Positions 28,911 to 37,835 of a stretch of DNA of 64,000 nucleotides are shown in pieces (the stretch's first letter is position 1; the number at the start of each line of letters is the position of its first letter). The position numbers and the translations under genes were made by a program. The stretch lies in the NCBI GenBank assembly GCA_021787125.1, contig JAJYMI010000060.1:950-64949 (forward strand). Direction: 5' to 3'. The stretch comes from Thermoplasmata archaeon. Its GTDB lineage: Archaea > Thermoplasmatota > Thermoplasmata > Thermoplasmatales > GCA-001856825. The notes beneath the pieces are model-generated. The model did no database searches, was not told where the DNA came from, and saw only the letters and a program-made list of their open reading frames with translations.

Positions 28911-31748
28911 TTAAGCGTACTGTAGAGCCGAGTATATCACGAAGGACCATCCAACTGCAACATTCTCTGTAGGCAATAGAGAGCTTGGGACGAATGAAGA
29001 GCTGTAGTATGCTGGTCCAACACCCTGAACAGTTCCAACGTACAAGAACATGTTTATGTCCGCCTTCATTGCTATATAGTTATCCAGAGTCACTTGAGTA
29101 TTTCCTGCTGCCGTAGGTGGCTGCGTATTGGCATTATCAAGGGCGTTCCACATCGTCGTTATCATGCCCCACTGCGCGTTCATATCAGCTATCTGGGCTG
29201 TACTCATTCCCTGTGAGGTAAACCATGCTGTGTTGTTGAACACTGCTGGGTCTACTCCATCGGGGTAGGAATAGATTCCAAGGTGGCCGATTATAGGTGC
29301 AGTGAAATCAGCAGCTGCTGGATAGTCATCGATCCATCCCAGGTAGTATATTGGCATCGGATTTGATCCGGGTCCACCTAGTGATGTATCAGTAACTTCT
29401 TGACCGAACGGAATGTCCACAAGATCGATCTGTACTTTTCCTCCAGTTACTGTGTTGAGCACAGATGCCCATACACCTACCATTGCATCCTGTGATACTG
29501 ATCCGGACGCATCAACAATTGGGATATGGTAGACGGTGCTCGACTGGGAATAGTTGGTCTGGTTCCAGTAGTGCTCTGCAAGGGCAACATCTGCATTCAT
29601 CTGGTTCGCTGGATTCGGTCCAATGTTCGTTATGTTCGCGGGGAAGTTCCCTATGCCTGTTGGCAGTATACCAGACTCTGCCGCAAGTAATGGAATACCA
29701 TCAGCGGAGTTGAGGTCATTGATATAGTAGGAGAAGTTGAAGGCATAAGTGAATGCTGCTCTCACGCTCAGGTTGTCGAAGAAGCTTGCTGGTGCATTGA
29801 ACTTGCTGTCCAGTGTTTTTGCTCCAGTGACGTTTATGTCAAAGTTAAACGCCCAGAAGAAAGTATCCATCTGAGTTGCTATCTGTGAGGACAGCGTTCC
29901 AGACGATACAAGCGATTGCATCAGTGGAATCTCGGTGACGGTTGCTGTTCCTAGTGCGAATTGAGCGTATCCTGACTGTAGCTGACTTACCGCTTCCTGT
30001 TGATTACTCAGATATTCCAGAATGATCTTTGGTATCAGATTTGCTGCAGCGACTCCATTCTGGGTCTGGTCATAGTATGTGTTCAGAGTCAGTACGATTT
30101 CTCCAGGCTCGTTCAGCGTGAGCTGATATGGCCCGGTTCCCATAGGATTGTTCTTGATGAATTGGTTCCAGTTGGGTACTGAGCTCGGGGTAGTTGCACT
30201 GTTCGAGAAGTACTGGAATGAAGTGGTGCTGTTTCCTGGGGCTGCTCCATGGGCTGCTAGGTAACTAGCATCCTGGATCATAGAAACGGTTGGTCCTGCC
30301 AGGAACTGGAAGAATATTCCAGTGACTCCGTAGTTGTAAACTTTCACCGTTGGGACTCCGGTCTCGTTCATGAAACCTGCTAGCTCGTTCGAGAACTGAG
30401 CAGTTACATTCTGAGAGCTTGAGCCCACATAGCTAACGTTAGCAATAACTGGTGTCGAGGGCAGTAGGTGGAATGTCACTGTCTGAGTTGAATTGTCGTA
30501 TGTTATTGCGTGGTGGATCCAGAAGTAGCTCGTATCGAATGGACCGTATATGCTGAGTCCAGGCAGTAAGCCCTGGTCAAGTATCCAGGCCGCAGTAGCA
30601 GAATTGTTACCGAAGAGCATGGACCTTGCAAAGCTCTCGAACACGTCGTATGCGTTTACGTTGTCTCCGTTAGAGAACTTTATGGATGTGTTGACAAAGA
30701 ACGTTATGTTCGTGAAATTTCCGCTTGTGACTATTCCTCCGTTGGCCACTGAAGGAACATACGAGGCTATCTCAGGATGGTATGTGCTGGTTGATGTGCC
30801 ATTGTATCCCAGTAGGAATTGGTATATCTCGTACACGACTTCGTAGGACTGAGTATCGTAGGACAAGCTCGGATCTAGTGTTCTCGGATTTCCAGGTAGG
30901 AATTCAGCATTCACGACTTGGCTCTTATCAACAGTGACTTTCGAGATTGTCTTTGAAACGCTGTAGTTACCCGCATAAACTGTCATCTCGTATGTACCAT
31001 TTACGGTCGCACCAGATGAGTCGTTGCTGGTCGTTGTCAGCGCTACTGTGTGCAGTCCCGATGCGAATGTCAGATTTACCGTTTCAGGATATGCACTGGA
31101 GTTCGTGTTGCTGTTGGTAATGATGCTGGTTCCGTTGTCTACATTCCATGTGAAGGAATGTATCGTGTAGGATACATCGCTTGGAACTTCTGATCCAACT
31201 ACCAGTGGAACCGAGTCATAGAATCCTTGGAAGGTCATGTTCACGAATCCGCCAGCTGGAATTGTTTGGTTTCCAGATGTGGAAGACCACTCGATCGGTC
31301 CGTATATTGCTCCAGGTGTTGGAGTTAGGGGTGGCTGTATTGTGATTTGCTGCAAAGAAGAGTTGCCCGAGGCAGTTACGTTAGGACCAACTGCGTATAC
31401 AGACACAAGGTAGCTCCCTGGGTTTTTGAATGAATGGGTTACTGCTGATGCGTTGCTTGTCGTCATTGTTGTTCCATCACCAAAATTCCAGACTACTTTT
31501 GTCCAGGTGTACCCGGACGGAGTTCCAGGGAAGAAGGTTATGCTCGACCCTGCAAGTGCTGCTACTCCACTAGCCGATGGCGCTAAGGCCAGCGTCTGTT
31601 TTGTTGGGGTTGTAGGTGCACGGTATGTCAACGCGATAGCTATTCCGGCTATTATGACTATCACGATGACTGCAACCACTACCCATTTCACAGCTGAGCC
31701 CTTCTTTGGTGGCGCGGGGCTAGGCTGCGAAGTTGTCGGTTGTGTCAT
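28911..31748 (-). CDS. Membrane-anchored ABC substrate-binding protein (family 5, Opp/Dpp type) with N-terminal PKD-like extension
   Basis: 945 aa. N-terminal TM anchor, PKD-like motif WNFGDGTTM...HSFKNPGSYLVSVYA, then an SBP_bac_5-like body. Very many N-x-S/T sequons. Confidence 0.85.
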   Translation of the reverse strand: MTQPTTSQPSPAPPKKGSAVKWVVVAVIVIVIIAGIAIALTYRAPTTPTKQTLALAPSASGVAALAGSSITFFPGTPSGYTWTKVVWNFGDGTTMTTSNASAVTHSFKNPGSYLVSVYAVGPNVTASGNSSLQQITIQPPLTPTPGAIYGPIEWSSTSGNQTIPAGGFVNMTFQGFYDSVPLVVGSEVPSDVSYTIHSFTWNVDNGTSIITNSNTNSSAYPETVNLTFASGLHTVALTTTSNDSSGATVNGTYEMTVYAGNYSVSKTISKVTVDKSQVVNAEFLPGNPRTLDPSLSYDTQSYEVVYEIYQFLLGYNGTSTSTYHPEIASYVPSVANGGIVTSGNFTNITFFVNTSIKFSNGDNVNAYDVFESFARSMLFGNNSATAAWILDQGLLPGLSIYGPFDTSYFWIHHAITYDNSTQTVTFHLLPSTPVIANVSYVGSSSQNVTAQFSNELAGFMNETGVPTVKVYNYGVTGIFFQFLAGPTVSMIQDASYLAAHGAAPGNSTTSFQYFSNSATTPSSVPNWNQFIKNNPMGTGPYQLTLNEPGEIVLTLNTYYDQTQNGVAAANLIPKIILEYLSNQQEAVSQLQSGYAQFALGTATVTEIPLMQSLVSSGTLSSQIATQMDTFFWAFNFDINVTGAKTLDSKFNAPASFFDNLSVRAAFTYAFNFSYYINDLNSADGIPLLAAESGILPTGIGNFPANITNIGPNPANQMNADVALAEHYWNQTNYSQSSTVYHIPIVDASGSVSQDAMVGVWASVLNTVTGGKVQIDLVDIPFGQEVTDTSLGGPGSNPMPIYYLGWIDDYPAAADFTAPIIGHLGIYSYPDGVDPAVFNNTAWFTSQGMSTAQIADMNAQWGMITTMWNALDNANTQPPTAAGNTQVTLDNYIAMKADINMFLYVGTVQGVGPAYYSSSFVPSSLLPTENVAVGWSFVIYSALQYA

Positions 31749-31799
31749 AAAACATCACCCCAGTACTCATAAATCGTACTTAAACGTTTCTCACTCTCG

Positions 31800-31820
31800 A
31801 ACACGTGTATTTCACGTGTT
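31800..31820. promoter_or_regulatory. Inverted repeat AACACGTG-TATTT-CACGTGTT upstream of the binding-protein gene
   Basis: Perfect 8-bp arms, each containing CACGTG, 52-72 nt upstream of start 31748. A TATA-like AT-rich tract lies at about 31845-31870. Confidence 0.35.
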
Positions 31821-31877
31821 TTCAAGCGGCTGAGAATTAACCCTGCTTAAATATTGCAGATATGAATAAATAAGGTC

Positions 31878-32159
31878 CTACGAATCGAACCTAAAGAGTC
31901 GTTTGTATATCGCATATTCGATGTACACAATTGGAATGAGTGCGATGATAGTTCCAATCGAGAGTATCAGATCAATTCTGTCCTTATATCTGAAGTAACC
32001 CTCCACGAACTGAAGGTTCAGAAACAGGTCGGCAAGCATGCAAAGTATCACGTACCAGTACCTTGCAAGGTCTTCTTTCGCCCACTGTCTCCAGCTCTTG
32101 CCGGGCTGCTCTACGAGTTCCTTCCTCTCTGAGCCAGTTACTTTCTTTGGAATCAGCAA
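31878..32159 (-). CDS. Small two-TM membrane protein inside the opp-like operon
   Basis: 93 aa with two hydrophobic helices, located between the ATPase and binding-protein genes. Confidence 0.45.
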   Translation of the reverse strand: MLIPKKVTGSERKELVEQPGKSWRQWAKEDLARYWYVILCMLADLFLNLQFVEGYFRYKDRIDLILSIGTIIALIPIVYIEYAIYKRLFRFDS

Positions 32160-32189
32160 CTAATCTCCTATACTCCAAGGGGAATTTGT

Positions 32190-33365
32190 CTATTTTGCAG
32201 TTTCTCTAGTTTTCTTGATGCCGCTGCTTGAGGTCTCAGTCTTCAGTATTTCCTCTGCAAAGTGGCACGCAACTATGTGTCCTGCCCTTATCTCCTTGAG
32301 TTTTGGTTCCTCAGTACTGCATATCTCCTTTGCAAACCTGCATCTGGTATGGAATCTGCACCCTGAGGGTGGATTTGCAGGTGACGGCACGTCACCGCTG
32401 AGCACGAGTCTCTGTCTCTTGAACGTCGGGTCGGGTATGGGTATGGCACTTATGAGAGCTTGAGTGTATGGATGGATCGGAAACTCGAAGAGCTCGTCGG
32501 TCAGGGCCTCTTCCACAATTTTGCCGAGGTACATTACTATGACCCTGTTGCTGACCGCCCTTATGACCGCGAGATTGTGCGTGATGAACATGTAGGTCAC
32601 GTTGTATTTCTTCTGTAGGTTCTTCAGAAGACTCAAGATCTGTGCCTGCACCGACACATCGAGCGCAGAGGTTGGCTCGTCCAGCACTATGAATTCAGGC
32701 TTGACGGCTATTGCCCTTGCAATGGCTATCCTCTGTCTTTGGCCACCACTGAATTCGTGAGGGAACCTGTAGAGGTGGTCCTCGTTAAGTCCCATCTCCG
32801 TTACGATATCCAGTACGTACTTGTTTGCCACCTCTCCTCTTAGTCTGACCCTTGCTCCTGTGCCATCGTTCGTTCCATCCTCCTTTGGAACTCCATTGAT
32901 TCTTATTGGTTCCGCTATGACATCCTTTATCAGCATCCTCGGGTCTAGGGAAGAAACTGGGTCCTGAAACACTATCTGTACTCTGCTCCTGAAATCCTTT
33001 CTCTTGCTTCTGCTCTTGTAGATGTTGTCCTTGGTCGTGCCAAGGATCTTCTTCTCTTCTTTCTTTAGCTCTCTAGCTCCGTTTGCTGTCAGTTCAGTGT
33101 AGAGTCCTTCCAGTTGGTTTACGCTGGCCTCATCTGGCTTGTAGAAAAGAGCACCGGTCGTTGGTTCGATGAGATCCAGGATCACTCTACCGAGTGTGGT
33201 CTTACCGCATCCGGATTCTCCCACTACTCCAACGGTCTCTCCCTTGTAGATGGTCAGGTTGACGTCATCCACGGCATGTACATAGCCTAGAGTTCTTCCG
33301 GATATACCGCCCTTGATGGGGAAATACTTTCTGACTCCAATTGCCTTCAGCAGAATCTCACTCAT
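32190..33365 (-). CDS. Oligopeptide/dipeptide ABC transporter ATP-binding protein (OppF-like), with insertions
   Basis: Walker A GESGCGKTT, signature FSGGQRQRI, Walker B VLDEP, C-terminal Cys cluster CRFHTRC...C...C. Confidence 0.9.
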   Translation of the reverse strand: MSEILLKAIGVRKYFPIKGGISGRTLGYVHAVDDVNLTIYKGETVGVVGESGCGKTTLGRVILDLIEPTTGALFYKPDEASVNQLEGLYTELTANGARELKKEEKKILGTTKDNIYKSRSKRKDFRSRVQIVFQDPVSSLDPRMLIKDVIAEPIRINGVPKEDGTNDGTGARVRLRGEVANKYVLDIVTEMGLNEDHLYRFPHEFSGGQRQRIAIARAIAVKPEFIVLDEPTSALDVSVQAQILSLLKNLQKKYNVTYMFITHNLAVIRAVSNRVIVMYLGKIVEEALTDELFEFPIHPYTQALISAIPIPDPTFKRQRLVLSGDVPSPANPPSGCRFHTRCRFAKEICSTEEPKLKEIRAGHIVACHFAEEILKTETSSSGIKKTRETAK

Positions 33366-34808
33366 TTATCTGACCTCCTTTCCCGTGAACAGATGGCACG
33401 CCACTGTATGGCCCTCGGACGTCTCAATTGTAGGCGGCACTTCCACTAGGCACCTGTCAAATGCAAACTGGCACCTGGGATTGAACCTGCATCCCGCTGG
33501 CGGAGTGATGAGATTCGGAACCGTACCGCGTATGATGTTGAGCTTCTTGGTGGGATCGTCTACCCTTGGTATCGACTGAAGTAGACCGATGGTGTATGGA
33601 TGCTTGGGGTTGTGGTAGAGTTCAAGTGAAGGTGCAGTTTCCACAACGTTTCCCGCGTACATCACCACGACTCTGTCCGCCATTTCAGCGATCACTCCAA
33701 GGTCGTGCGTTATGAGAATAATCGAGGTGCCCCTATTCTTCTTTAGGTCCCTCAGCAGCTCCAGTATCTGGGCCTGTATCGTAACGTCCAGAGCAGTCGT
33801 CGGCTCGTCCGCTATAAGTATCTGCGGATCATTGGAGAGTGCGATAGCTATCACGACCCTCTGAAGCATTCCTCCAGAAAGTTCGTGAGGATAGTTCTTC
33901 AGGATCTGGAATGCGTTCGGGATGTTGACCGACTCAAGAAGTGCGAGTGCCTCCCTTCTGGCTTCACTTACGATCGGATCGGGATTCTTCTTCTTGAGCT
34001 TCTTCGTCAGTCTGTTGAGTTTTGTTTTCTTCGCTTCTTTTGTCAGAACTGATATTATACTGTCTCTCTCCTGCTCACCTACCTCTCCCAGTAGTTTCTC
34101 CTCCAGGTCATCTATTTCTATTGAGTGTTTGAGCAGTTCCTCGTACTTTTCCTTCTTCTCAGAAAACTTGGTTGCTTCATCAATAAGCATATCAAGATGT
34201 TTTTCTACGGAATCTTTCCCCTTTTTCAGATTCTTTATCTTGGACAACTCCGTTCCAACTTCGTCGTTGAATTCTGCCCCGATCTCACCACTTTCCCTGA
34301 ACGACTTTAGGTCCGGTAGGTGCTCTGATGCAGACTTTATGACCTTGAGAATCTTTGTCATGCTGTGGAGGTATATCGACTCAATTATCTGATCCTCAAC
34401 AGTGTAAACCGGATTCAGAGCGGCCATTGGTTCCTGGAATATCATTGAGATGTATCTTCCTCTTATCTTGTTGTAGAAGTGCTCGTTCTTTTTGATCACA
34501 TTGTTGTGGTGTTTTATCTTTGGCCTCTTCTTGAGGATAATCTCTGCTTCCTGATCTATTCCCCTCATCAGATCGTAATTGCCCATCCTTATCTGACCGG
34601 AAATGATTCTTCCTGGTGGATCTGGTATTAGCCTCATTATGCTAAATGCAGTGACAGATTTTCCACACCCTGTTTCGCCAACTATTCCTAGGACCTCACC
34701 CTTGTTCAGAGTGAACGTAACATCTTCAAGCGCTTTGACTACTCCGTCGTAGATAAAGAACTGTGTCTTTAGATTCTTCACAACTAGTGCTTCTTCCATT
34801 GAGCTCAC
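33366..34808 (-). CDS. Oligopeptide/dipeptide ABC transporter ATP-binding protein (OppD-like), with ~130-aa charged insertion
   Basis: Walker A GETGCGKS, Q-loop SMIFQEP, signature LSGGMLQRV, Walker B IADEP, C-terminal CRFNPRC...C...C. 480 aa in total. Confidence 0.9.
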   Translation of the reverse strand: MSSMEEALVVKNLKTQFFIYDGVVKALEDVTFTLNKGEVLGIVGETGCGKSVTAFSIMRLIPDPPGRIISGQIRMGNYDLMRGIDQEAEIILKKRPKIKHHNNVIKKNEHFYNKIRGRYISMIFQEPMAALNPVYTVEDQIIESIYLHSMTKILKVIKSASEHLPDLKSFRESGEIGAEFNDEVGTELSKIKNLKKGKDSVEKHLDMLIDEATKFSEKKEKYEELLKHSIEIDDLEEKLLGEVGEQERDSIISVLTKEAKKTKLNRLTKKLKKKNPDPIVSEARREALALLESVNIPNAFQILKNYPHELSGGMLQRVVIAIALSNDPQILIADEPTTALDVTIQAQILELLRDLKKNRGTSIILITHDLGVIAEMADRVVVMYAGNVVETAPSLELYHNPKHPYTIGLLQSIPRVDDPTKKLNIIRGTVPNLITPPAGCRFNPRCQFAFDRCLVEVPPTIETSEGHTVACHLFTGKEVR

Positions 34809-35749
34809 CTTCTCATCCTAGGATCTAGTACATCCCTCAGTCCGTCACCAAACAAGTTGAGAGACAGAACGAATAGCAGTATCACGAGTCCCGGAATAGT
34901 GATTGTCCACGGATAGTTGTATAAAGCTGCTCCAGCATAGGCCGAATTGGACGCAGCCGATATGATGTTTCCCCACTCGGCAAAACCCGGGCCTGCGAAT
35001 GTGAACCCAAGGAAAAAGAGTGCTGCAAGCGTGAGTATGACATTTCCATAGTCTAGGGACATCTGAACGAAGATCGGATAGATTGAATTCGGGATGATGT
35101 GTTTGATCACAGTTCTGAGAGACGAAGAACCGGCAGCCACAGAGGCTTCCACGTACTTCTGTTCCCTCACGGTAAGAACTTGTCCACGCACTACTCTCGT
35201 GTAGGTGGGCCACCATATGATAATGAGAGCACCTATCATCACGTTTTCATATCTTCCCAACACCGTCAGGAATGCAAGTGCTATAACAATGGTTGGCAGT
35301 GAGAGAAAGATATCCGTAACCCTCATTATGGCCTCTCCCAGCACCCCACCCTTGTAACCAGCTATGCTTCCAAGAACTACACCGATCAGGGCTCCGCTTA
35401 TTACAACGGCTGAAGCGAGTATTAGATCGTTCCTTGCCCCCTTGACTATTCCTTCGTATATGCTGTACCCTCCGAAAGTGGTACCAAGAGGAAATTGACT
35501 GTACTTGAAGGGCGGGAGAGGATTGAAAACTATCGAATGACCCTGAAAGAGATAGTACTGTTTCATCATCAGAGGATTCCCTCCAATGATCTCAGGCCCA
35601 ACTATGGCAATTAAGACGTACGCAATGACAACGGCAAGTCCTATTGTAGCCAGAGGGCTCCTGGTCAGGAAATAGAAACTCCTCTTGGTTGATTCGAGAC
35701 GCTTTTTGAGGGCCCTCGAAAGAGGGGTACCAACAGTTTGAGTGGTCAT
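34805..35749 (-). CDS. Opp/Dpp-type ABC transporter permease (OppC-like)
   Basis: 314 aa polytopic protein with an EAA-like loop (YVEASVAAGSS). 4-bp overlaps on both sides. Confidence 0.9.
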   Translation of the reverse strand: MTTQTVGTPLSRALKKRLESTKRSFYFLTRSPLATIGLAVVIAYVLIAIVGPEIIGGNPLMMKQYYLFQGHSIVFNPLPPFKYSQFPLGTTFGGYSIYEGIVKGARNDLILASAVVISGALIGVVLGSIAGYKGGVLGEAIMRVTDIFLSLPTIVIALAFLTVLGRYENVMIGALIIIWWPTYTRVVRGQVLTVREQKYVEASVAAGSSSLRTVIKHIIPNSIYPIFVQMSLDYGNVILTLAALFFLGFTFAGPGFAEWGNIISAASNSAYAGAALYNYPWTITIPGLVILLFVLSLNLFGDGLRDVLDPRMRR

Positions 35750-36906
35750 TCGAGCCTCACCCTCGGATCCAGGTAAGAATACATGACATCAACTATTAGA
35801 TTCGCGGCCACTATGATTAGCGTGAAAACGAAGGTCGTCGCCATAACCGAAACCATGTCATTATTGTAAGCTGCTTCGTACAGCCATCTTCCCATGCCTG
35901 GCCAGTTGAACACAGTTTCCGTGACGACAACACCGGCAAGAAGACTTGCAAAAATCAGGCCCAGTACGGTCGTAGTCGAACCCAGCGCATTTCGTCTGGC
36001 GTGCTTCTTTATGACGAATTGTTCTGGAACACCCTTAGATCTGGCGGTTCTTATGTAATCCTGTCCGAGGTTTTCCAGCATGCTCGATCTCATGAACCTG
36101 ATGATAACTCCAAAGGTCGTGAGGGCAACCACGAGGGCAGGCCAGAAGACATACCAAAGTGCATTGAGGAAGGCAGCAATGTCTCCATAATACAACGTAT
36201 CAATAAGCAAGAATCCAGTGGGACGTGAAAGACCACCTGTCACATAGAATGGCGCAGGGGTCCCAGCGCTGGTAAGGCCATAGACAGACCAGTTGAGCTG
36301 ACCATTACCATACAGCGTCAACCAGTGCGGTATCGGGCTGGTAGGGGCAAGCATGATCAGTACCAAGAGCCCCAGCCAGAAAGTGGGCATCGAAACAGCA
36401 GCCATTGCACCCAGTCTGGTCAAGTGATCCGGTATCCTGTCCTTCCTTACAGCACTCAGAACTCCGAGTGGGATTCCGAGGGCCAGAATGATTAGAGTAG
36501 CTATTAGGGCTAGCTCTGCAGTTGGTGGGAACCTCTTCATAAATTCTACAACAACAGGAGTTCCCGGATCAATGTCACCCGGAGATACAAAACCCCAATT
36601 ACCTGTAAATAGAGCTCCAAGATAGTAAAAGTACTGAACGTATATAGGTCCGTCGAGGTGAAGTTCTTTCCTAATCTTAAGGTACTGAGCATATGTGTGT
36701 ATCTTCCCTTCATATTCAGTAATGAGAAGATTTATGTTAATGTGTGAAAGATAGAAAGTTATGAGGGTTACCCCGATGATAACGGGAATGAGTAAGAGCA
36801 GTCTCCTGATGATATAGATGTAGAGCTTCAAACCTCTTCCACTCCATTTCGAGGATTGAAATGCCCTTATTATATTTTCTTGCCAAAGAGAGAATGGATT
36901 GCACAA
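35746..36906 (-). CDS. Opp/Dpp-type ABC transporter permease (OppB-like)
   Basis: BPD_transp_1 pattern (YIRTARSKGV). The true start is probably TTG 36831 (MKLYIYIIRRLL), preceded by GGAAGAGG. Confidence 0.85.
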   Translation of the reverse strand: MCNPFSLWQENIIRAFQSSKWSGRGLKLYIYIIRRLLLLIPVIIGVTLITFYLSHININLLITEYEGKIHTYAQYLKIRKELHLDGPIYVQYFYYLGALFTGNWGFVSPGDIDPGTPVVVEFMKRFPPTAELALIATLIILALGIPLGVLSAVRKDRIPDHLTRLGAMAAVSMPTFWLGLLVLIMLAPTSPIPHWLTLYGNGQLNWSVYGLTSAGTPAPFYVTGGLSRPTGFLLIDTLYYGDIAAFLNALWYVFWPALVVALTTFGVIIRFMRSSMLENLGQDYIRTARSKGVPEQFVIKKHARRNALGSTTTVLGLIFASLLAGVVVTETVFNWPGMGRWLYEAAYNNDMVSVMATTFVFTLIIVAANLIVDVMYSYLDPRVRLE

Positions 36907-37178
36907 AATCTCACTCTCGCAAGTTCCGGATGCGGATATGGAGTTCTTCGAAAGTCCTCGTATCTAGTCCAACTTTTGAATTCAAATCATTGACGAAAAT
37001 TTTCTGCTTTTGCACTCCTTCCGTATCCATTCAGAATGCACAGGATGAACGTTTATGTTCTGACCTTGTTTCGACCGTCTCCACTTTCAAAGTCTCAATC
37101 GATGCGTCAACACTCAACCGTTTGAACCTCTCTTTGGATTCGTTAATTTCTTCCACGCGCGGAAGCGGTAACCATTTC

Positions 37179-37185
37179 AAAAAAA
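37179..37185 (-). terminator. T7 run after the 169-aa membrane-protein gene
   Basis: The minus strand has TTTTTTT 4 nt after the TGA at 37189-37191, followed by a small CTTCC/GGAAG hairpin at 37150-37165. Confidence 0.4.
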
Positions 37186-37188
37186 CAA

Positions 37189-37698
37189 TCAGGTTGAGAA
37201 AGTGATCGTAAAGGGACTGGTCACACGGACGTTGGCAAGCTTGGATGCGTTCCCGTTAAAGAATTCCAAGTAATAGACTCCGGAAGGAAGATAGATGTGG
37301 ACAGAAGTGCCTGTGGTCGCCCCTGTCGTATAAATGTAGTTCGGCATTCCGCTAGAGTTTTGGGAGAGCAGTTCTGTCTCGTTGAAGACATAGAAGGTTA
37401 TTGGATAAGTCGATACAAACGCTCCAACCAGAGTAGAGTTGTAACTCAAGCTCTCCTTGTACACCGCATAGCTGCTAGGGTTGACATACACCGTTGAGTT
37501 GTTCTGAATGAGTGTTTCCGTAAGGTCGCTTAGATTGACGGTCACACTTGTACTCTGAACGCCCCTATCGTAGTTGTGTGCGACAGCGAACATAAGAATT
37601 ATGACTATTGTCCCGGAGATTATGGCCGTTAAGATTTTTGCCCTCTGGCTCCTCCTCTCCGCTCTTGTCAGCAGGGACTGGCTCCGGTCTCCACTCAC
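37189..37698 (-). CDS. N-terminally anchored extracellular protein, unknown function
   Basis: 169 aa with one TM (ILTAIISGTIVIILMFAVA), then a sequon-rich beta-type domain. Confidence 0.5.
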   Translation of the reverse strand: MSGDRSQSLLTRAERRSQRAKILTAIISGTIVIILMFAVAHNYDRGVQSTSVTVNLSDLTETLIQNNSTVYVNPSSYAVYKESLSYNSTLVGAFVSTYPITFYVFNETELLSQNSSGMPNYIYTTGATTGTSVHIYLPSGVYYLEFFNGNASKLANVRVTSPFTITFST

Positions 37699-37835
37699 GG
37701 TAACTAATACAAATTAAGCGTAATAAACTTTGACTCGCTGCAAAAGCAAAATAATGTCTCTAAATCATCACTCCAGATTGAAACCAATGGACGCAGAGAG
37801 GTCCCGTCAAAACCCATCGCTTCCTAAGATGGATG

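Noticed and set aside
33922-34392. 156-aa Ser-rich ORF on the + strand
   Set aside because: It is the mirror image of the Lys/Glu-rich insertion in the OppD-like gene. Its low complexity is explained by the opposite strand.
36911-37030. 39-aa ORF (MDTEGVQKQKIFVNDLNSKVGLDTRTFEELHIRIRNLRE) on the minus strand upstream of the OppB-like gene
   Set aside because: There is no recognisable ribosome-binding site, family or supporting signal, and it is below any length I can support from sequence alone. It is recorded only because the 280-bp spacer is otherwise unexplained.
37741-37771. C-box-like GTGATGA on the minus strand in the intergenic region upstream of the 169-aa membrane-protein gene (37189-37698, minus strand)
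   Set aside because: No CTGA D' or D box occurs at the required 12-nt spacing or within about 60 nt, and there is no terminal stem. It is probably a chance heptamer.
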